Shown: positions 19,403 through 27,626 of the stretch, piece by piece | Layout of the letters: every line of letters starts with the position of its first letter | Numbering within the stretch: position 1 is the stretch's first letter | Source: a candidate division WOR-3 bacterium | GTDB lineage: Bacteria > Hydrothermota > Tepidihabitantia > Tepidihabitantales > CAIPLT01 | Direction of reading: 5' to 3' | Assembly: GCA_039801485.1 (NCBI GenBank) | Contig: JBDRUR010000003.1 | Location: 1 to 46,637 of the forward strand | DNA length: 46,637 bases | Position numbers and translations under genes: made by a program | Notes under the pieces: generated by a model | Seen by the model: only the letters and a program-made list of their open reading frames with translations | Databases searched by the model: none | What the model was told of the DNA's origin: nothing

Positions 19403-21481
19403 ATGGAGTATCTGAGTAAAATAAGAAATATTGGTATTGCTGCCCATATCGATGCTGGCAAAACAACCACTACCGAAAGGATTTTATATTATACCGGTAA
19501 AATTTATCGCATTGGTGAAGTTGACGAAGGATCAGCGACTATGGATTGGATGGAGCAAGAAAAAGAACGGGGCATTACCATTACCGCAGCAGCAACGACC
19601 TGTTTTTGGCGAAATCACCGGATAAATATTATTGATACGCCGGGGCATGTTGATTTTACAATTGAAGTAGAAAGGTCATTAAAGGTATTGGACGGCGCAA
19701 TTGTTGTTTTTTGTGGTGTCGGTGGTGTTGAACCTCAGTCAGAAACAGTCTGGCGACAAGCGGATAAATACCGAGTGCCGAGAATCGCCTTTGTTAATAA
19801 ACTGGATAGAATTGGCGCTGACTTTTTTCGGGTTGTTAAAATGATGGAGGAAAAGTTATCATTAGTGCCTTTACCCATTCAATTACCATTGGGTATCGAA
19901 GATAAATTCGTTGGCGTAATTGATTTGATTTTGGAAAAGGCAATTACTTGGCGAGATGAGACATTAGGAGCTGAATATGAAGTATTTGATATCCCAGCTG
20001 ACTACATAGAATTGGCAAAAGAATATCGTGACAAAATGATTGATACTTTGGCACATTATGATGAGAAAATTTTAGAGAAGTTTCTCGCTGGCGAGATAAT
20101 TACTAGTCAAGATATTTTAACAGCAATTCGTCAAGCAACCTTAGCATTAAAAATTGTGCCGGTATTGTGTGGTAGTGCTTTTAAGAATAAAGGTATTCAG
20201 AAGCTTTTAGATGCAATTGTTGATTTTTTGCCATCACCAACTGAAGTGCCGCCAATTAAAGGGCTTAACCCCAAAACTAACCAAGAAGAAGTAAGATTAG
20301 CAGACCCAAAATTACCATTTTCCGCATTAGTGTTTAAGATCGCTAATGATATCCATCAGGGTTTTCTATCTTATATTAGAGTTTATTCTGGCAAGGTGGA
20401 AAAAGGTAATACGGTTTTGGTTGTGCCAACAATGGAAAAGGTCAGAATAATGAAATTATTATTAATGCATGCGAACCAGAAAGAAGAAGTTGAACGATTA
20501 CAAGCCGGTGAAATTGGCGTAGTTGTTGGTTTGAAAAATATTAAAACTGGTTATACGCTTACTAATTTAATTCATCCGATTGCCTTTGAACCTATTGAGT
20601 TTCCTGACCCGGTCGTTTTTATGTCGGTGGAACCGAAAACTAAAGCCGACGAGACAAAGTTGACATCGGCATTAAAAGCATTAGCGATTGAAGACCCAAC
20701 ATTTCGCGTGAAACAAAATCAAGAGACTGGCGAGACAATTATTTCAGGGATGGGCGAATTGCATCTTGACATTATTGTTGAGCGATTACGAAGAGAGTTT
20801 GGTGTCGAATCGCATGTTGGCAAACCGCAAGTATCATACCGCGAGACAATTACTAAAGAAATGACGGCTGAAGGTCGATTCATTCGTCAAACCGGTGGCC
20901 GAGGTCAATATGGCGTGGTTACTTTAAAGCTACAACCAACAAAATCAGGAGTAAATATTGTTAATGTTATTAAGGAAGGACGAGTACCCAAGGAATTTTT
21001 CCCAGCGATTGAACAGGGCATCAAAGAAAGTGTTGAAACCGGTGTTTTAGCTGGTTATCCAATTACCAATATTGCTGTCGAAATACTTGATGGTAATTAT
21101 CACGAAGTTGATTCGTCAGAGCTTGCTTTTAAAATTGCGGCAACAATGGCATTTCGCGAAGCGTTTTTGAAAGCAAATCCAACCTTTTTAGAACCGATTA
21201 TGGATTTAGAAATTGTTACACCTGATATGTATGTGGGCAATATTATTGCCGACCTAAGTGCCCGTCGTGGCAAAATTGTTAATTTGGAGTCGATTAAGGG
21301 ACATAAAATAATTCACGGTTTGGTTCCATTGTCCGAGACTTTTGGTTATGCTTCTACTTTACGCTCATTAACTCAAGGACGGGCATCGCATTCGATGCAA
21401 TTCTCTCATTATGAGCAAATCCCGGAAGAACTAAAAACCAAACTCTTTCCTTATCTGGCGCAAATTTTAAATCCAACTTAA
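19403..21481 (+). CDS. fusA: Elongation factor G
   Basis: [34 protein letters not shown] and HEVDSS motifs. Confidence 0.98.
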   Translation: MEYLSKIRNIGIAAHIDAGKTTTTERILYYTGKIYRIGEVDEGSATMDWMEQEKERGITITAAATTCFWRNHRINIIDTPGHVDFTIEVERSLKVLDGAIVVFCGVGGVEPQSETVWRQADKYRVPRIAFVNKLDRIGADFFRVVKMMEEKLSLVPLPIQLPLGIEDKFVGVIDLILEKAITWRDETLGAEYEVFDIPADYIELAKEYRDKMIDTLAHYDEKILEKFLAGEIITSQDILTAIRQATLALKIVPVLCGSAFKNKGIQKLLDAIVDFLPSPTEVPPIKGLNPKTNQEEVRLADPKLPFSALVFKIANDIHQGFLSYIRVYSGKVEKGNTVLVVPTMEKVRIMKLLLMHANQKEEVERLQAGEIGVVVGLKNIKTGYTLTNLIHPIAFEPIEFPDPVVFMSVEPKTKADETKLTSALKALAIEDPTFRVKQNQETGETIISGMGELHLDIIVERLRREFGVESHVGKPQVSYRETITKEMTAEGRFIRQTGGRGQYGVVTLKLQPTKSGVNIVNVIKEGRVPKEFFPAIEQGIKESVETGVLAGYPITNIAVEILDGNYHEVDSSELAFKIAATMAFREAFLKANPTFLEPIMDLEIVTPDMYVGNIIADLSARRGKIVNLESIKGHKIIHGLVPLSETFGYASTLRSLTQGRASHSMQFSHYEQIPEELKTKLFPYLAQILNPT

Positions 21482-21507
21482 AATTTATTTTATTTAACTA
21501 ACAGGGG

Positions 21508-22227
21508 TTAATCTTCAAACGGTGTTTTGCAACTAAATGTTCGATATTTTAGTACCCAACGACTTAAATACATAAAGGGCGTATCAGCAACCCCGACAAT
21601 CCATTTTAAGACAATTTGACCAGTAATTAAAGGTATGATAGGCATTTTGCCAACATAGGCAATGGTCACAAAGATAAGACTATCAATGGCTAAACTTGGG
21701 ACGTCGCTAAAAATATTTCTAAGCCAGAGATATCGATTTTTCGTAATTTTTCTTAAATAGGCATAGATGAGCGCATCAAGGTTTTCTGAAACTAAAAATG
21801 CAATCCAACTGGCAAAGGTGATTCTCGGCACTAACGAGATAATATTTTGCCAGGATTTTTGAAAATGCCAAAATTGTGCCGAAGGAATGATTGTCCCTAA
21901 CCATAAGAAAAAAGTCATAAACAGCTGGGTAATGAACGCAATAATTATCATCCGATGAACTTCGATTCGTCCAAAGGCTTCATTGACAATGTCAGTTATT
22001 TGAAATGTAAAAGGGAAAATCAGAACCGCTGCTGGCGCTGAAAAGGTAATAAATAGTAAATTAAACTCAGCGATTTTACTGGCAACTATCTGTGATAATG
22101 CTAAATAGATGACATACATTGCAATTGGAAAGTCTGCTCGTCGGTAGCGTCTGATGTACCAAGGAATAGCAACGCTGGCAAAAGTTAAAGTTCCTAGCCA
22201 AATTAAAATAATTGCCATATATTGCAA
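21508..22227 (-). CDS. yhhQ: Queuosine precursor transporter (YhhQ/COG1738, VUT family); ATG at 22218 is an alternative start
   Basis: FPFTFQITDIVNE.FG, PRITFASWIAFLVSE..D, WLRN..S, DSLIF and DTPF motifs. Confidence 0.9.
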   Translation of the reverse strand: MQYMAIILIWLGTLTFASVAIPWYIRRYRRADFPIAMYVIYLALSQIVASKIAEFNLLFITFSAPAAVLIFPFTFQITDIVNEAFGRIEVHRMIIIAFITQLFMTFFLWLGTIIPSAQFWHFQKSWQNIISLVPRITFASWIAFLVSENLDALIYAYLRKITKNRYLWLRNIFSDVPSLAIDSLIFVTIAYVGKMPIIPLITGQIVLKWIVGVADTPFMYLSRWVLKYRTFSCKTPFED

Positions 22228-22234
22228 GTTTCAG

Positions 22235-22262
22235 ATTTTAATTAAATTATCTTGAATGTCAA
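22235..22262 (-). promoter_or_regulatory. Promoter of yhhQ
   Basis: TTGACA, 16 nt, TAAAAT. Confidence 0.7.
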
Positions 22263-22263
22263 T

Positions 22264-25263
22264 TCAAAAGTTCTTAGTTGTTGATTTTGATAAATAATTG
22301 ATAAGGTCGTGGATGGTCCCTGGAAAAGTGACAGTTTTTTGGCTATCAACAATTGTAATTGTATTATCTTTTAAAGAAATCTTTAAAAGATTTAGTTCAA
22401 TTGCCTTTAGTCGAATTAAGGCGATTGTCAATAAATTTTCAACAACAGTTGGATATTTTCCAAAACGGTCAATTAATTCTGCTTTGATTGCGGTTAATTC
22501 TTGAAGTGATTCTAAAGAGAGCAATCGTTTATATATGGCGACGCGTTCATAAGAATTGGCAATATATTCAGAAGGAATATATGCTGGGATATTAATTACC
22601 AATGTCGGTTCGATTGGTGTTTTTTCGCCGCGGAGTTTGGCGATCGCTTGTTTTAATAAATTTTGATAGAGATTAAGACCGACCTGATTGATGTAGCCGT
22701 GTTGTTCAGTGCCTAAGATATTGCCAACACCACGTAGTTCCATATCGCGGATTGCTAATCGAAAGCCGACACCTAATTGGGAATAGGCAAGAATCGTTGA
22801 CATTCGTTTTTCAAACTTTTGTTTGTCATTTGGTTCCTTGAACTTAGTGCTGTCGGGTAAAATAAATATCGCATATGCCTGTTTGTCCGAATGACCAACG
22901 CGACCGCGCAATTGATGCAAGTCTGACAATCCGAACCAATCGGCACGATTAATAATTATCGTGTTGACATTGGGCAAATCTAATCCAGATTCAACAATTG
23001 CGGTTGAGACTAAGATGTCAAACTTTTTGGCAACAAAGTCAGCGTAAATTTGGGCCAAATATTTTTCGGGCAGTTTGCTATGGGCAACAGCAATTCGCCA
23101 ATCGGGATTTAATTGCTGAATTTTTCTGGCAATTGTTTTTATTGAATTAATACGATTGTGAATAAACAATACTTGACCACCTCTTTTCAGTTCATCAGTA
23201 ATACTTTGATAAATTGTTTCATTATCCCAATAAATGACTTTAGTAATGATATCACGACGACCGGCCGGTGGGGTGTGAATTGGCGAGATATCTGAGATCC
23301 CAACTAAAGCACGATAAAGTGTTCTAGGAATTGGCGTTGCGGTTAAAGTCAAGACATCGATACTGGCTTTTAATTTTTTTATCTTCTCTTTCTGTTTTAC
23401 ACCAAACTTGTGTTCTTCGTCAATTATTAATAGTCCTAAATTTTTAAATTCAATCTGGGAACTTAATAAAGCATGGGTGCCGATAATGATATCAATTTTA
23501 CCATTTTTAAGTTCTTTGATTATTATCGGTCTTAGTCGTTTTGGCGTGAAACGGGACAGCATCGCAATTTTTACTGGAAAATTTTCAAAGCGTTTTTGGA
23601 ATGTTTGATAATGTTGGTAACATAAAATTGTCGTTGGCACTAAGACTGCGACTTGTTTTAAATTCATCACCGTCTTGAACGCCGCCCGCAGGGCAATCTC
23701 GGTTTTGCCAAAACCGGTATCACCACAAATCAGTCGGTCCATTGGCTTTGGACTTTCTAAATCTTGTTTGACATCGGCTAAGGCTTTTAATTGGTCAGGT
23801 GTTTCTTCGTAACCAAAACTCGCCTCAAATTCTTTTTGCCACTCGGTGTCTTTGTTCAAGGGTTCTTTGCGAGCAATGCTGCGTTTGGCATATAACTCAA
23901 GCAATTCTTGGGCATAGGCTTCGGTTGCCCGAGCAACCTTTAATTTGGTCAAGAGCCAGCGATTAGTGCCAAGAGTACTTAATGACGGTGGTTGCTCATC
24001 GCTGCCAACATATCTTTCAACCAGACTTAAATTTTCCACTGGTAGGTATAACTTTTGTTCGTTGGCATATTTTATTAAAAGAAAATCCTTTTCAACATTA
24101 TCAATTTTTAGTCGAACAACATTTTCAAATTGACCGATACCGTAATCAATATGGACAACATAATCACCTTTATTTAATGCCAATAAATCGTCTAATGGTT
24201 GACCTTTGAACTTTCTTTTTGGTTGGCGCGGGAGTGGCGCACCGTAGAGTTCTCGTTCAGTGATAATACAAAAATTATCATTAGGTGCATAGATACCAGA
24301 AGAAAGATGACCAATAATAAAATTTGGTTTATTACCAAAGATATTGGTTAATCGTTGGTATTGATATTGGTGAGGAATGACAAAAAAATATTGGCTTGAT
24401 GACGATTCGATTTCTGACTTTAATAGGTCAAATCGTCCCAAATAAATTGGTGGCGCAAAGAAATTAAATTTGAATTCGGGATTATTGTCGTCAATTAAGA
24501 TTATCTTATTAAAATCATTAGTCGGCAATTCTGATAAAACTAAAGTATCTTTGGGTAGCAGTTCAATCAACGTTTTCTTTTCAGTATCTGAGCGGTTTTG
24601 AGCAATAAGTTCGACGCCAGAAATATGGCTAATTGACCGTTGGGTAATAGTATCAAACGTGCGCATTGAGACAATTTCGTTGCCATAAAATTCAATTCGA
24701 ATCGGATTTTCGTATTTTGGTGGAAAGATGTCGACGATACCGCCACGCACGGCATATTCTAACGGCTCAGTAACTAAATCGGTTCGTTCGTATTGGCTAG
24801 CATCTAACCAAACAATCAGGTCAGACATTGTTAATGGTTTACCCTTATTTAAATTTAGGTGATATTTATGCCATTCAGTGATTGTTGGTAGTTGGAGTTG
24901 AAAATCTTCAAGTTGAAGCAGAACAATGAATTTATTTGACTTGTTGGTCGTAGAAATAAAAAAACGATAAAATTCAAGTTCGGCAGAATTAATATCATTA
25001 CAGCAAATAATATTTTCTTCTGGTAAAAAAGATGATAAGTCAGCAAACAATTTTTGTTTTGTTTCGTTATCTTTTATTAGAATGATAAGATTTTCCTTAA
25101 ATACCCGGTAGAGAATAGTCGCAAGAATTGGCAAGGCGCCATTGAGTCTATTGATTGTTATTAATGGTTTTGGTGGAGTTGATAATTGTTGGCGTTTTTT
25201 GACAACTGCTAAGAATTCTTTAATTTTGGCAAGTTTAAGGAAATGATACAAAAGAGTTTCCAT
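22264..25263 (-). CDS. mfd: Transcription-repair coupling factor (compact, 999 aa)
   Basis: UvrB-homology YAVRGGIVDIF, RID GDYVVHIDYGIG, GDTGFGKT, DEEH, TATPIPRTL, TRG region and C-terminal TRCF domain. Confidence 0.96.
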   Translation of the reverse strand: METLLYHFLKLAKIKEFLAVVKKRQQLSTPPKPLITINRLNGALPILATILYRVFKENLIILIKDNETKQKLFADLSSFLPEENIICCNDINSAELEFYRFFISTTNKSNKFIVLLQLEDFQLQLPTITEWHKYHLNLNKGKPLTMSDLIVWLDASQYERTDLVTEPLEYAVRGGIVDIFPPKYENPIRIEFYGNEIVSMRTFDTITQRSISHISGVELIAQNRSDTEKKTLIELLPKDTLVLSELPTNDFNKIILIDDNNPEFKFNFFAPPIYLGRFDLLKSEIESSSSQYFFVIPHQYQYQRLTNIFGNKPNFIIGHLSSGIYAPNDNFCIITERELYGAPLPRQPKRKFKGQPLDDLLALNKGDYVVHIDYGIGQFENVVRLKIDNVEKDFLLIKYANEQKLYLPVENLSLVERYVGSDEQPPSLSTLGTNRWLLTKLKVARATEAYAQELLELYAKRSIARKEPLNKDTEWQKEFEASFGYEETPDQLKALADVKQDLESPKPMDRLICGDTGFGKTEIALRAAFKTVMNLKQVAVLVPTTILCYQHYQTFQKRFENFPVKIAMLSRFTPKRLRPIIIKELKNGKIDIIIGTHALLSSQIEFKNLGLLIIDEEHKFGVKQKEKIKKLKASIDVLTLTATPIPRTLYRALVGISDISPIHTPPAGRRDIITKVIYWDNETIYQSITDELKRGGQVLFIHNRINSIKTIARKIQQLNPDWRIAVAHSKLPEKYLAQIYADFVAKKFDILVSTAIVESGLDLPNVNTIIINRADWFGLSDLHQLRGRVGHSDKQAYAIFILPDSTKFKEPNDKQKFEKRMSTILAYSQLGVGFRLAIRDMELRGVGNILGTEQHGYINQVGLNLYQNLLKQAIAKLRGEKTPIEPTLVINIPAYIPSEYIANSYERVAIYKRLLSLESLQELTAIKAELIDRFGKYPTVVENLLTIALIRLKAIELNLLKISLKDNTITIVDSQKTVTFPGTIHDLINYLSKSTTKNF

Positions 25264-25325
25264 AAATAATATAATATTATAAACTACAAAAAATTAAAAG
25301 TCATTAGGCGTTTTAGTGTTTAGGT

Positions 25326-25353
25326 AAAAAATTGGGGGACATTTCAGTCCCCC
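25326..25353 (-). terminator. Intrinsic terminator of the 21-aa peptide gene
   Basis: GGGGGAC-TGAAAT-GTCCCCC hairpin followed by AATTTTTT, 2 nt after the tandem TAA TAA. Confidence 0.8.
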
Positions 25354-25358
25354 GGTTA

Positions 25359-25424
25359 TTACTTCTTTTTAGCCTTTTTGGCGGTCTTTTTTGCCGCTGG
25401 CTTTGCGCGTTTCATACACGGCAT
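25359..25424 (-). CDS. 21-aa Lys/Ala-rich basic peptide MPCMKRAKPAAKKTAKKAKKK (histone-H1-tail-like)
   Basis: Absent from the ORF track. AAGGAGG SD 4 nt before the ATG (same spacing as rpsO and rpmB), own promoter, double stop and terminator. Confidence 0.85.
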   Translation of the reverse strand: MPCMKRAKPAAKKTAKKAKKK

Positions 25425-25447
25425 AGCGCCTCCTTTTTTAACGATTT

Positions 25448-25475
25448 AGTTTATCGCAAAAAAGTTTTTTGTCAA
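25448..25475 (-). promoter_or_regulatory. Promoter of the 21-aa peptide gene
   Basis: TTGACA, 16 nt, TAAACT. Confidence 0.75.
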
Positions 25476-25622
25476 GCATTTATTTTAATTTAGTAAGAGC
25501 GTATGCGTCTTGCTTTAAAATATAAAATTTGGTGCCAATTAGTTTACTGCACCTTTTTATTAAAAAGCGAGTCTAAATAAACAGAGAGACATTAAGTCTT
25601 TTATGATACGGTAGAAGTCATG

Positions 25623-25830
25623 CCCCTAATGCATTCGGGGAGTCAAAGTTGGGGGTTGGTTAGATCGGTGAATTAAAAAGAAGTTTGATTTTTGAAGACA
25701 TCGATAATTTGCTCAAAGTCAAAGAGTATCAATCTTTATCAGGGTAATTGTCAAAATTAAAAGCGGAACTACACTCAGCATCGAAGTTGGAATATGGCTC
25801 AGACAGCGATTCGGCATTGAGTTATGGATT
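25623..25830. repeat. Palindrome plus 12-nt phased array element, copy 1
   Basis: CCCCTAATGCATTCGGGG (25623-25640); 12-nt units starting tcag/tcaa/gcgg/tcag/ttgg/tcag/tcgg at 25739-25822. Confidence 0.65.
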
Positions 25831-25874
25831 GGATAAAAGATAAGGACAAGGTTTTGCGTCAAAAAACAAACATC

Positions 25875-25902
25875 TTGACAATAATTAATAAAAGCTTAAA
25901 AT
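25875..25902 (+). promoter_or_regulatory. Promoter upstream of the 26014 gene
   Basis: TTGACA, 16 nt, TAAAAT. Confidence 0.75.
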
Positions 25903-26013
25903 AATTTTATCGAGGAAAATATGCTGTCAATAATTTTTACGTCATTTTTTTTATTAGCGACCGTCAATAAAAAAGTAAACCAAAATATTATGCCAAACTA
26001 AAAGGAGGGAACA

Positions 26014-27525
26014 ATGAAAAAAATAATCGTGTTATTGATAACAATATTTTTAATGGTCAATGCTCAAAGTATTGGTCGAACAATTACTGCTGGTTGGACA
26101 ACCGTTGACTGGCAATTTAGCGGTCCGGTTTACACCCGATGCCGAGTAAATTCGTTGATAAATGGTATTCATATTTGTTGGGTTGGAGATAATGGTCCAA
26201 AATATAACTATTATTCATTTCTAACAAATACATGGAATTGGCCAAATGGAATGAACCCGATTTCGGTCAATGCCAATCTCGGCGGTCTGGATTATGACCC
26301 GATTAACGGTTCTGCTGAAATTAGTCTGTTAACAGCAAGCGGACCTTGTATTGCCAAAGACCAACAGGCTGGTGCTGGTGTTTTTGAATATTGTTATGGT
26401 CCAGCTGGTTATGGTATCGGTCCGATTGGCACAACAAATAATCAGGCAATTCATATTGCAATGAATGGTTATTATAGCCGTATTCAACCTTGGTGTAATT
26501 GGATGCCACCGATTGTTATTATAACTGGCGACTACACTGGATATAATATCGCAACCTCAAAAATGTCGAATAAAGTATTGATACTATGGATTTCTCCTAC
26601 GGTTTCCGGTCAGGACCAATTGTTCTTTAGTATATCAAATGATAATGGCAACACTTGGGGCGCAGCACAATTGCCATTTCCGCCTTCGGTTTATTTGGTT
26701 CCATCTTATGCATCACTGTTTGCAATGTTTGATAATCAGGACAATTTACATATCGTCGCTTCAGTTTCTGATACAGCTTACGCAATACCTTGTGAAATCT
26801 GGCATTATTGCCCACTAAATAATCCACAATGGACTTTGGTTCATTATTATAATGCACAAACGTTAAATGCACCGGTTGGATATAATGCGGTCTTTGCAAC
26901 TCGACCATCTATTATTCAGGACCCAACAACCGGTTATTTTTATGTTGCTTGGGAACAATTTGATTCCTTGAATTATGAATCGAGTACTAATTTGGCTCGT
27001 GCTGACATATGGGTAGCTGAGTTAAGAAACAATGGACAAACCGTCTATGCCAAAAGAAAGATCACTGAGCCCAATACGACTTCTAAACGATTTCCAATTG
27101 TTGGTGGCGTTTTTGCAGATACATTAGTTGTTAATTATTTAATTGATTCTATTGCTGGATTTTCAATGTATTCACAAGGACGAATAACTAATAATCCGGT
27201 TATTTGTCATTTTGTGCCGATTCCGTTTCAGGCAGCGATTGATGAACAGAAAGATTGTGATCTAACTCAATTATTATTTGATATCGTACCCAATCCGTTT
27301 ACTTCGCAATCGATAGTTAACTTTTCAATACCAATTGCTACTGATATTTCAATTCAAATTTATGATGAGTCAGGTAGAATTATTGAGACTTTAGTTAGCG
27401 AGCATAAACAACCCGGAGTTTATTCTTATACTCTTAACTCATCATCGTTTGCTTCGGGTATCTATTTTTGTGCGCTAAAAGTAAAGGACAAGTTTATCAC
27501 TAAGAAAATTATTAAAGCCAATTAA
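26014..27525 (+). CDS. Secreted beta-rich protein with T9SS type-A/FlgD-like C-terminal sorting domain
   Basis: Sec signal MKKIIVLLITIFLMVNA; Asp-box-like SNDNGNTW; C-terminal PNPF...IYDESGR...SGIYF...KKIIK; strong SD. Confidence 0.88.
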   Translation: MKKIIVLLITIFLMVNAQSIGRTITAGWTTVDWQFSGPVYTRCRVNSLINGIHICWVGDNGPKYNYYSFLTNTWNWPNGMNPISVNANLGGLDYDPINGSAEISLLTASGPCIAKDQQAGAGVFEYCYGPAGYGIGPIGTTNNQAIHIAMNGYYSRIQPWCNWMPPIVIITGDYTGYNIATSKMSNKVLILWISPTVSGQDQLFFSISNDNGNTWGAAQLPFPPSVYLVPSYASLFAMFDNQDNLHIVASVSDTAYAIPCEIWHYCPLNNPQWTLVHYYNAQTLNAPVGYNAVFATRPSIIQDPTTGYFYVAWEQFDSLNYESSTNLARADIWVAELRNNGQTVYAKRKITEPNTTSKRFPIVGGVFADTLVVNYLIDSIAGFSMYSQGRITNNPVICHFVPIPFQAAIDEQKDCDLTQLLFDIVPNPFTSQSIVNFSIPIATDISIQIYDESGRIIETLVSEHKQPGVYSYTLNSSSFASGIYFCALKVKDKFITKKIIKAN

Positions 27526-27591
27526 CATAAATTTTACAAATAGATTATTTAAGGAGATTACTTAACCAATACCGCCGCTAACAATTTAATC

Positions 27592-27619
27592 TTGATTTTA
27601 ATATTTATTAACCTAAAAT
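27592..27619 (+). promoter_or_regulatory. Promoter of the transglutaminase gene (probably leaderless)
   Basis: TTGATT, 16 nt, TAAAAT; GTG 7 nt downstream; no SD. Confidence 0.6.
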
Positions 27620-27626
27620 CATCACA

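Noticed and set aside
22219-22263. preQ1 riboswitch upstream of yhhQ
   Set aside because: The promoter -10 box lies only 7-16 nt from the start codon, leaving no room, and no aptamer motif is visible.
25531-25558. Hairpin GGTGC...GCACC plus T-run as a terminator or ncRNA
   Set aside because: Only a 5-bp stem with a long loop and no plus-strand gene upstream; insufficient support.
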